A stretch of 11,843 bases of DNA from Candidatus Thorarchaeota archaeon (GTDB taxonomy: Archaea > Asgardarchaeota > Thorarchaeia > Thorarchaeales > Thorarchaeaceae): NCBI GenBank assembly GCA_016839605.1, contig JAEOTX010000079.1:1-11843 (forward strand), in the 5' to 3' direction. Position 1 is the stretch's first letter. Every line of letters begins with the position of its first letter. The translations under genes were made by a program, and so were the position numbers. The notes below the pieces were generated by a model. It had not been told where the DNA came from and did not search any database. It worked only from the letters and a program-made list of their open reading frames with translations. Of this stretch, positions 1-6,511 are shown one piece after another.

Positions 1-2598
1 AACAACTCCTAGACTTATGAATGGGTGATTCAAATCTGATGAAACCGATACTGAATAATCACCACCACTTGCTATGATCTCAAAATCGGTCCCTACATCA
101 TTGAGTATCCCTTCATTCTCACCCATATCAAGCGTCATATAGCCAGGGCCATAATCCTCGAAGAGACTCGCAAACTCATTATCAGGAGCACCTGCGGCAT
201 TTTCTCCATTAGAATACCAAGAAGATCTAGTGGTGACTACAGAGTCAACATATGCATCGCCAAAGTCAACATATACTGTCAACCAGATTGTGCTCGATAT
301 GGAGTGTGAGTCATCACTAACAAGCAGAGTAATGTTATAGTTGCCCAAGCGCCAGCCATCTGCCTGCCAGTCCTTAATCTTCAGAGTGATTGTTGGTTTT
401 CCTTTTACATCCTCCTTCAGCAAAGTTCCATTTCTGTATATCATCCAATGACTTCCACCATGGGCCTCCCAACTGTAGTGCTCAGTTTGTTTTGCCCATT
501 CTATGACGTCAGAATCTGGTGCTGCAGTCAGCACAGGTGGACTTGGGGGAATGACATCCAACCAAGCGGTGGAAGAAACCACGTTAGAGGCGACATCCTG
601 GAGAACCATCGTGATGTTGTATACACCCTCGTCAATATCAGAGACAAACCAATCTATGATGTGATTGCCGCCATCCCAAGTACCGGATTGATTGAGTACC
701 CCATTTTGATAGAGCGCCCATTGAGTTGGAGAATGATCAAAGACAGACCAGCTCATTGTCGTAGTTGAATTCCAGTCTATTGCAGCATCACCAGGTGAAT
801 TGATGAATTCAGGTATCGCGGAAGGATTCACAGTGACCCAAAAGGAATCGGTATACACTGTTCCAGAGGCGTTCGTAAACTCCAGAATGACATTATGACT
901 GCCGATTGAAAGGTTATTCAAGTCTAATTGAATGTCTGATCCATTCCACGATCCCTGTTCGAGAACGGTGTTGTTTGCTGAGAATTCATATGAAACTGAA
1001 TAGGATGTGACACCACTCCATCTAATTGTAGAATTTGATGCACCAGTTTCAGTGAACAGAGGACCAGTTCGATCAACATGAAATGCTTGTACGCTTACAT
1101 TCACTGTGTCAGAGGTGCTGTGACCCGCTTCATCATTGACAACTAAGGTGACATTGTGAAACCCAACATCAAGAGATCCGATATTCAAGCTCATGTTTGT
1201 GGGGCGCCAGAATCTGTCATAATCAACGGATCCAGAATCCGAGAGAAGGTCATCTACGTACAAGTCGTAGGTGCCGTGCATAGTTCGTTTTGGCCTGAAG
1301 TTGTACCATGCCTGCCACGATAGGTCAAGGTCCGTTCCATAGCTTACTAAGACATCTGCCGGTGAAGAGAGAATGGGGGAAAATCGGATTCTCTCCATTC
1401 TATACACGCCATAGATGATGTCGTCCTTGTTTCTGAATGACATCTCCCAAACAATCTTGCCATCATCATTCACCTCGACAAGACGCGCACCATAGGGGTC
1501 TGCCTCTCTCGCTTCACTACCGAATGTGCCTAATCTATTGCCATTGGCTAATCGGTCAGCATCACCCCACCATCCTGAAAAATAGCTCAGATCGCCAGTC
1601 CATGTCCAGACCTCACGTGCGGTCATGGTCTCATCATCAATTTCGATTTCGAGAATTCGTGACCTCATGGAGTATTCTTTGGTCTGATTGTGAAGGTCAT
1701 TATCAAAAAGAATGAAACGAGTATCATCAATCTGTTCAACGGAATGAGCATGATAGAAGAGATTCTTTCGCTCACGACCAAACCTATCGACCAGTCTAAA
1801 ATCCCCATATTCTCCAAGTGCCCATATGATTTCTCCAGTAGCATGATCAATCTTGTAGAATGTGTTTACATTTCGTACATTCAGTAAAATGCTGTCTTCG
1901 TCCGCATTGTAGAAGACAGAGTTACAGTGCGTTACGTCATTGTAGTCCTTTTTGTGGTCTTGATATGGGCACCATTGCGTATAATCAATGAACTCTTGAA
2001 CATCCAGACTCCAAACAAGAGAACCATTGAGAGCATATTCATGGATCTCGTCAAATCGGTAATCCTCACCTCCAATCTCCTCACTTGTTAGTTGAAGAGT
2101 AAAGATGGTGTTGTCGTTTGGATTATACTCAATTTCGTGATGTCCCCTAAAATCGAGAAAATGATACACGTCAGTTTCCATGTTCCAAAGCAGAGTGCCA
2201 GTTCGGCTGCTGCCGAGTATTGTTGTGGAGTTTATCATCTCGATTGGTTTGATGAAAGCTGAGTTCTCAAGAATCAGATTGCCATCCATGTCAAAGATCA
2301 CTAGTGAGTTGTTTATTCGTTCACCACGTTTGCTAGCATTGATTGCATGTAGATTGAACAGATTGTAGCCATCAAGATATCCATCGGTCTTTGTAATATC
2401 GAAAGATATGCCACCATAGAGAGAGCTTGATAGTCTAGACCTTTTTGTGCCTGAGCTATCATTAGGATTGTAGGATCCCGAGCCAGGATCAAAGGGAGTT
2501 GTTCCCTGAGTAAAGATGAAGGCTATAGTGATCCAGAGTCCACTCAATATCAGCGCTATAAGCAAGAGTGTAATCAGGGAACCCCTACGCCCTTTCAT
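1..2598 (-). CDS. Exported arylsulfate sulfotransferase (ASST)-like protein with four Ig-like repeats and a further C-terminal domain; partial, runs off the window's left edge
   Basis: Hand translation from ATG 2598 is open to position 1 (866 codons, no stop). It starts MKGRRGSLITLLLIALILSGLWITIAFIFT (signal peptide or anchor). ASST motifs appear in the expected order: GHHEIEY, DVTHCNSV, LNVRN, FYHAHS, ILFDN, SRILEIEID, WGDADRLANGN. RBS GGTGAT lies at 2610-2605. Confidence 0.88.
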   Translation of the reverse strand, partial: MKGRRGSLITLLLIALILSGLWITIAFIFTQGTTPFDPGSGSYNPNDSSGTKRSRLSSSLYGGISFDITKTDGYLDGYNLFNLHAINASKRGERINNSLVIFDMDGNLILENSAFIKPIEMINSTTILGSSRTGTLLWNMETDVYHFLDFRGHHEIEYNPNDNTIFTLQLTSEEIGGEDYRFDEIHEYALNGSLVWSLDVQEFIDYTQWCPYQDHKKDYNDVTHCNSVFYNADEDSILLNVRNVNTFYKIDHATGEIIWALGEYGDFRLVDRFGRERKNLFYHAHSVEQIDDTRFILFDNDLHNQTKEYSMRSRILEIEIDDETMTAREVWTWTGDLSYFSGWWGDADRLANGNRLGTFGSEAREADPYGARLVEVNDDGKIVWEMSFRNKDDIIYGVYRMERIRFSPILSSPADVLVSYGTDLDLSWQAWYNFRPKRTMHGTYDLYVDDLLSDSGSVDYDRFWRPTNMSLNIGSLDVGFHNVTLVVNDEAGHSTSDTVNVSVQAFHVDRTGPLFTETGASNSTIRWSGVTSYSVSYEFSANNTVLEQGSWNGSDIQLDLNNLSIGSHNVILEFTNASGTVYTDSFWVTVNPSAIPEFINSPGDAAIDWNSTTTMSWSVFDHSPTQWALYQNGVLNQSGTWDGGNHIIDWFVSDIDEGVYNITMVLQDVASNVVSSTAWLDVIPPSPPVLTAAPDSDVIEWAKQTEHYSWEAHGGSHWMIYRNGTLLKEDVKGKPTITLKIKDWQADGWRLGNYNITLLVSDDSHSISSTIWLTVYVDFGDAYVDSVVTTRSSWYSNGENAAGAPDNEFASLFEDYGPGYMTLDMGENEGILNDVGTDFEIIASGGDYSVSVSSDLNHPFISLGVV
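265..1380 (-). repeat. Four tandem ~90-aa Ig-like/PKD-like domain repeats (protein level) inside the ASST gene
   Basis: A recurring pattern W...(Y/W)...G(F/S/V/N)(H/Y)N(V/I)(T/I)(L/M)...V. The four instances are GFHNVTLVVND..TVNVSV, GSHNVILEFTN..FWVTV, GVYNITMVLQD..AWLDV and GNYNITLLVSD..IWLTV. Approximate bounds are 1380-1090, 1085-826, 815-550 and 545-265. Confidence 0.75.
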
Positions 2599-2604
2599 GT
2601 GAAG

Positions 2605-2610
2605 ATCACC
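2605..2610 (-). promoter_or_regulatory. Archaeal-type Shine-Dalgarno GGTGAT for the ASST gene
   Basis: The minus strand reads GGTGATCTTCAC-ATG, complementary to the 16S 3' end AUCACC. Confidence 0.7.
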
Positions 2611-2735
2611 GTTTTCTTTCCAATGAAACCTCAATATACTGGCAAATCAACCTATTCACTCAAGTAAATTGGAAGTGGATTAGACACTATGCATCGTATC
2701 TTCACAATGAAACAATGAACCCCTGACATAGCTAA

Positions 2736-3350
2736 TCACAGACCATCTTCATCAGTGGTCATCTTGATACGACCGCCAAACAGGAGATAGCGTGGAACTT
2801 GCTCCATGTACTCCTGATACGACTCACCATAGTACTCAAGGCATTCCTGTTCTTCAGCTTTATCTCCGGCACTATTGAGAATCCGAGAGAGAAGCAAGAC
2901 CAGAAAAGCAATCCATGATCCAATAGCAATTGAGATTCCCGTGAAAATGGTGAACAGCGATACCTGCTGTGGATGTCGTGAGTAACGATAAGGCCCAGTA
3001 GTTGCGGGTCTGTCTGACGGAGCTTTTCGGAATGTAATCACTGATGCAATAAGCCCTGCTAATCCAAATACAAAGACTACCACCCCAATTCCACAACCGA
3101 GGGTTCCTAACTTCAACGGAGTGAGTACGATCAGGATGATGCAAATCAGGGAAAAAGTCTTGCCGGCAGCAAATGAGATTCTTTGCCCCCTACTCCATTT
3201 GGACCTATCAAAGCTTGTAAGCCTTGACACTACTTCTCGCGGAAATAGTAGGAACATCAGGCCCTCTGTTATTGCAAGAATCAGAAAGAGAATCCAGCCA
3301 TTATAGAGGCCTAATTCAAGAACGGGGAATATCTCCATCTCGAAGCTCAT
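2736..3350 (-). CDS. Isoprenylcysteine carboxylmethyltransferase / phospholipid methyltransferase (ICMT/PEMT, Ste14-like) family membrane protein
   Basis: Several TM helices, plus the C-terminal signature TTGPYRYSRHPQ...AEEQECLEYYGESYQEYMEQVPRY. The start is uncertain (GTG 3377, ATG 3350 or ATG 3338). Confidence 0.85.
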   Translation of the reverse strand: MSFEMEIFPVLELGLYNGWILFLILAITEGLMFLLFPREVVSRLTSFDRSKWSRGQRISFAAGKTFSLICIILIVLTPLKLGTLGCGIGVVVFVFGLAGLIASVITFRKAPSDRPATTGPYRYSRHPQQVSLFTIFTGISIAIGSWIAFLVLLLSRILNSAGDKAEEQECLEYYGESYQEYMEQVPRYLLFGGRIKMTTDEDGL

Positions 3351-3382
3351 CTCATCAGCCCCTTTTTCGAGTTTCACTGTGC

Positions 3383-3413
3383 TTAATAAATGTTAGAGGC
3401 GTCTAACTTTAAA
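3383..3413 (-). promoter_or_regulatory. Putative ICMT-gene promoter: TATA-like elements flanking a GTTAGA-N4-TCTAAC palindrome (candidate operator)
   Basis: Perfect 6-4-6 inverted repeat at 3392-3407. On the minus strand, TTTAAA is at 3413-3408 and TTTATTAA at 3390-3383. Confidence 0.5.
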
Positions 3414-3468
3414 TGCTTATTCTGACAATCTTAGTATAAGGGGACTCCTTCTTTTCTCTCTCGCAGCA

Positions 3469-3573
3469 TTAATCCCATTCAGTCTCTTCTGTGATGAGAG
3501 GCTTGTCTTTGAAATAGCCATGAAAAAGGAGTATGACCACCGACCAAATCCCTAGTAGGACCAAGACGGTCAA
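3469..3573 (-). CDS. Possible 34-aa single-TM small protein or gene remnant (MTVLVLLGIWSVVILLFHGYFKDKPLITEETEWD)
   Basis: TTG 3573 to TAA 3469. An ~17-aa hydrophobic stretch is followed by a charged tail. It lies in the same orientation between two minus-strand genes and is below the ORF-track size cutoff. Confidence 0.35.
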   Translation of the reverse strand: MTVLVLLGIWSVVILLFHGYFKDKPLITEETEWD

Positions 3574-3608
3574 TTACAGAGTCTTTCAGACTCACTACCT
3601 TAACGACC
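3568..3608 (-). other. Stem-loop immediately downstream of the LLM gene stop codon
   Basis: Inner hairpin GAGTCT-GAA-AGACTC (3593-3579). Outer pairing is GGTCG-TTA with TAA-T-TGACC. Confidence 0.4.
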
Positions 3609-3610
3609 TT

Positions 3611-4420
3611 TTAGATGTCAGGAGGGCCTCTCTTGGTCCTCTTCATCTGTTTCCCGATTGGAACAGTCCCCCAGGACTCGAGATACCAGTTCGCTCCTGC
3701 CTGCTCGAACTGAGGCAGTAGCTCCTCCCGCTTCGTCTTTGATGGATGAGTCAAGGAGCAGACCCAGGCATACTCCCCCTTACTCATCCGATACTTCTCA
3801 ACATACTCCTTCATATCTGCGAATGTGGTTGGATCTCTTGTGCCTATAGGCACGACACCATCATACAGCGCCGCCCTTTGGAAGGGCTTCTTCTTTGGCC
3901 ACATGCCAGCCACCCATATCGGAACTCGTGGCTTCTGGACAGGAGTTGGATGAAGCTTGAACCCATCCACACTATAGTGCTCTCCCTTGAAAGAGAGTTC
4001 CTCACCTGACCAGAGTTTCTGGATGATGTCGAGTGACTCCTCCAACTTCTGGGCACGGATTCGAATGTCATCCTCCTCTCCGAATACCCTGAACTCCTTT
4101 GGGGGCCAGCCAAGACCAACACCAAGGACCATTCGTCCCTCAGACAATTGGTCCAGTGTCATCACTTCAGAAGCAAGCTGTTGAGGTCGCCTACGAGGAA
4201 GCGGAGTGACCGCAGTTCCCATTATCATTCTCTCAGTTTCTACTGCAATAGCAGCCAATAGAATCCAAGGATTCAGAATATTCAGTCCCCTCCCGAAGTT
4301 CAGATGGTCCCATACAAAGAAACCATCCCATCCAGCGTTTTCAATAGCTTTTGCTAATTTGGCGTAGTCTTGCGGTTTTGATGAAACTCCGAAATTGGAG
4401 ATGCTGATGCCACACTTCAT
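3611..4420 (-). CDS. LLM-class (bacterial luciferase-like) flavin- or F420-dependent oxidoreductase
   Basis: Motifs AIENAGWDGFFVWDH, PWILLAAIAVET, GTAVTPLPRRRP, TLDQLSEGRMVLGVGLG, FKGEHY and PVQKPRVPIWVAG. RBS AGAGGAG lies at 4437-4431. Confidence 0.93.
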   Translation of the reverse strand: MKCGISISNFGVSSKPQDYAKLAKAIENAGWDGFFVWDHLNFGRGLNILNPWILLAAIAVETERMIMGTAVTPLPRRRPQQLASEVMTLDQLSEGRMVLGVGLGWPPKEFRVFGEEDDIRIRAQKLEESLDIIQKLWSGEELSFKGEHYSVDGFKLHPTPVQKPRVPIWVAGMWPKKKPFQRAALYDGVVPIGTRDPTTFADMKEYVEKYRMSKGEYAWVCSLTHPSKTKREELLPQFEQAGANWYLESWGTVPIGKQMKRTKRGPPDI

Positions 4421-4456
4421 TGTGTACTAGCTCCTCTTGGCATGCCTATAGATACT

Positions 4457-4485
4457 TAACCTCAGGTTATGCTTTGGTTTTATAT
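4457..4485. promoter_or_regulatory. Divergent promoter region with palindrome TAACCT-C-AGGTTA and TATA box TTTTATAT
   Basis: Perfect 6-1-6 inverted repeat at 4457-4469. TTTTATAT at 4478-4485 is about 42 nt before ATG 4527. RBS GAGGGTGA lies at 4516-4523. Confidence 0.5.
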
Positions 4486-4526
4486 CCACCTTCGCCATCT
4501 AGCCAATTGTCTAGTGAGGGTGAGAA

Positions 4527-4949
4527 ATGAAAAACCAGTTGCCATTCGTACTCTGCCTTATCGGTGGATTGCTGCTCATCTCTGTCAACTACACCCATGG
4601 TGTCAATACCATAGTGCTTCTCTATCTCTTTCTTCACGGAATTGCGGTACTCGCTCCATACTTCTTTATCATTGACGCCATTCTGTTCGTACTATGGTTG
4701 ATTGCTTGGTTTGGCGGTGCCGCGGTGATTCTAGGCGGCTACCTTCTGACAACATCTCACGTTAGGCTAGGGAAGTTCGTCATCGCAATTGCTGCAGGTT
4801 TTGGTCTGATCAGTCTGATACTCACCGTTCTCTGGGTTCTTGTTGTATCTGGCTGGATGGGTCTTCTAGTGCTAGGCTTACTCATAGCCAATACTGGTTG
4901 GGCGATAGGACTCATTTTGACAATCATTGCCAGAACCATGGCTGATTGA
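4527..4949 (+). CDS. Hypothetical integral membrane protein (about 4-5 TM helices, Gly-rich)
   Basis: 140 aa, almost entirely hydrophobic, with a strong RBS GAGGGTGA and a TATA box upstream. Confidence 0.8.
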   Translation: MKNQLPFVLCLIGGLLLISVNYTHGVNTIVLLYLFLHGIAVLAPYFFIIDAILFVLWLIAWFGGAAVILGGYLLTTSHVRLGKFVIAIAAGFGLISLILTVLWVLVVSGWMGLLVLGLLIANTGWAIGLILTIIARTMAD

Positions 4950-5053
4950 TATTCGAAAGCTATCACGAACGATGCAATTCCTTATTTGAGAATTATGCGT
5001 AAAGCACAGGGACGTGTCATTGCGTCCTTCTTCTGAAGAAAGTTGGGATTCGA

Positions 5054-5314
5054 ATGGAAGTTAGGAAGAAAAGTGGGTCGACTGAAGTCTTCATGCCAGA
5101 GAAAGTTGTCGTCAGTGCTGTTAAGTGCGGCTGTCCATATGATACTGCCCGCGAGATAGCGAGCTCTCTGTCTGCCAGGAAGGAGAGCACTATAGAGAGC
5201 ACAGAGATTCGCGAATATGTGCTTTCAGAGCTCCGCTCAAGAGATGCAACCTCGGCAGCTGATGCATGGGAGGCTTACGACCGCGAAAAGAAAAACAGAG
5301 GAGAAGTAGGCTAG
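5054..5314 (+). CDS. Stand-alone ATP-cone domain protein
   Basis: MEVRKKSGSTEVFMPEKVVVSAVKCG matches the ATP-cone consensus (VxKRxGxxExFxxxKIxxAxxKAG). It continues IESTEIREYVLSEL...AADAWEAY; 86 aa is a single domain. Confidence 0.85.
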   Translation: MEVRKKSGSTEVFMPEKVVVSAVKCGCPYDTAREIASSLSARKESTIESTEIREYVLSELRSRDATSAADAWEAYDREKKNRGEVG

Positions 5315-5380
5315 ACATCGCAAGTCAATACTATATCCTCCCCAAGACATTAAAGGTGTAGTCCTGTGGGAGTGAATACC

Positions 5381-6130
5381 TTGCCTGACAAGTCTATTGA
5401 CTACGACTCGGTGTCGAAGATTTATGACCAAATCCGTGCTGGCGAACCTGAGATGGTCTTCCATCTACTCGAGGAATATATGCCGGACTCAGGCTCAAAG
5501 GTTCTAGACGTTGGCTGCGGGACAGGCAACAACACATTGCTTTTGCAGAAGGCTATTGACGCTCAGGTATTTGGACTGGATTCCTCTTTCGGGATGCTTG
5601 TTGAAGCCCGAGAGAAAGAATCCCCGATTTCCTTCATTCATGCGTCTGTTGATAGTATCCCATTTAGACCAGATAGCTTCGACATGCTGTTCATGACGGA
5701 GGTAGTCCATCATCTGCCCAGCATGGATGATGCTATGCAAGAGATGAGTCGTGTTCTAAGGCCTGATGGACGCATATGCATAGTAACACAGTCCCACAAA
5801 CAGATAGAAGAGCGAATGACCTCCCATTTCTTTCCCGCCACGATCGCTATCGATAAGAAACGATATCCTGACATTCCTGAGATAGAAGAATGTATGAAGC
5901 AGAACTCCTTGACCAAGACTTGGTCCAAGTCCTTCAAGTTCGCTCCAATCATGCTTGGTGAGGAATACTTTGATACAGTTTCGAGGAAAGGCTACTCAAT
6001 GCTACACAAGATTCCAGAAAGTGATTATCAAGAGGGCCTCAAAGCTCTCCAGCAGTCCTTTGCGAAGCTAGAGAAGCTAGACTACGCTGCTGGCTATACA
6101 TACGTATGGGCTGAGAAGACTAACGACTAG
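5381..6130 (+). CDS. Class I SAM-dependent methyltransferase (Methyltransf_11/UbiE-like)
   Basis: Motif I VLDVGCGTG, GLDSSFGML, IPFRPDSFD, VVHHL and EMSRVLRPDGRI. TTG 5381 is preferred as start (RBS GGGAGTGA at 5368-5375); GTG 5366 is the alternative. Confidence 0.92.
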   Translation: MPDKSIDYDSVSKIYDQIRAGEPEMVFHLLEEYMPDSGSKVLDVGCGTGNNTLLLQKAIDAQVFGLDSSFGMLVEAREKESPISFIHASVDSIPFRPDSFDMLFMTEVVHHLPSMDDAMQEMSRVLRPDGRICIVTQSHKQIEERMTSHFFPATIAIDKKRYPDIPEIEECMKQNSLTKTWSKSFKFAPIMLGEEYFDTVSRKGYSMLHKIPESDYQEGLKALQQSFAKLEKLDYAAGYTYVWAEKTND

Positions 6131-6480
6131 AAGACTACCGTAAACTCAATTCTTCGTTCCTCTTCTACTTCGAATCTGAACATGATTCGGATAGTGAGGA
6201 GTGCTTTCCCAGGGCGGACCGCTCTGAAGATCCACTTACCCCGTTCTGCATCACCGCCAGTCCACCCAGGTTTCTTCATATTCTCTGGATTGACATACTC
6301 TGTTTCCGTGTCTTCGAGATAGATTACTGTGTCATCATCAATCTCGAAGTCAGCATCTTCGCCAACAGAACCATGTCTGTGAAAGAGATATGCAAAACGC
6401 TCACCAACCTGCACGGTTTCCTCACACCAGTCTTTCATGCAATTAATCAGTCGGACCTCATTCGGCTTGTCTGACTTCAT
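6127..6480 (-). CDS. Chagasin / peptidase inhibitor I42-like Ig-fold protein (divergent loops, no signal peptide)
   Basis: The pattern TVQVGERF...SVG...PGWTGG...WIFRAVRPGKALLTI...RIEFTV resembles chagasin (V.VGE.F.I.L..NPTTGY.W...GAGG...F.F.A...G...I...Y.RPW...F.V.V). ATG 6480 has an RBS-like GAGTGAT. Confidence 0.6.
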   Translation of the reverse strand: MKSDKPNEVRLINCMKDWCEETVQVGERFAYLFHRHGSVGEDADFEIDDDTVIYLEDTETEYVNPENMKKPGWTGGDAERGKWIFRAVRPGKALLTIRIMFRFEVEEERRIEFTVVF

Positions 6481-6511
6481 GATATCACTCGCCAAGCTAC
6501 TGTACTAACGG

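Noticed and set aside
448-2368. Short ORFs 448-768, 1437-1715, 1665-1850, 1690-1887 and 2180-2368
   Set aside because: They are shadow ORFs antisense to, or out of frame within, the long ASST gene, with no recognisable motifs.
2736-3350. ICMT-family gene as evidence of eukaryote-like CAAX prenyl-protein processing
   Set aside because: The ICMT/PEMT family is widespread in prokaryotes, and no prenyltransferase or CAAX substrate is in the window.
3438-3462. AAGGGG-A-CTCCTT dyad followed by a pyrimidine tract, resembling a plus-strand terminator
   Set aside because: No plus-strand gene lies upstream and the loop is too small, so I cannot support a function.
3568-3608. Hairpin considered as a SECIS element (contains GUGA and GAA/A)
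   Set aside because: The stem geometry is too short for a eukaryote/Loki-type SECIS, and the upstream LLM gene has no in-frame TGA.
3533-3721. Plus-strand 62-aa ORF and the other short ORFs overlapping the LLM, methyltransferase, HAD and radical SAM genes
   Set aside because: They overlap well-supported genes on the opposite strand or frame and have no motifs.
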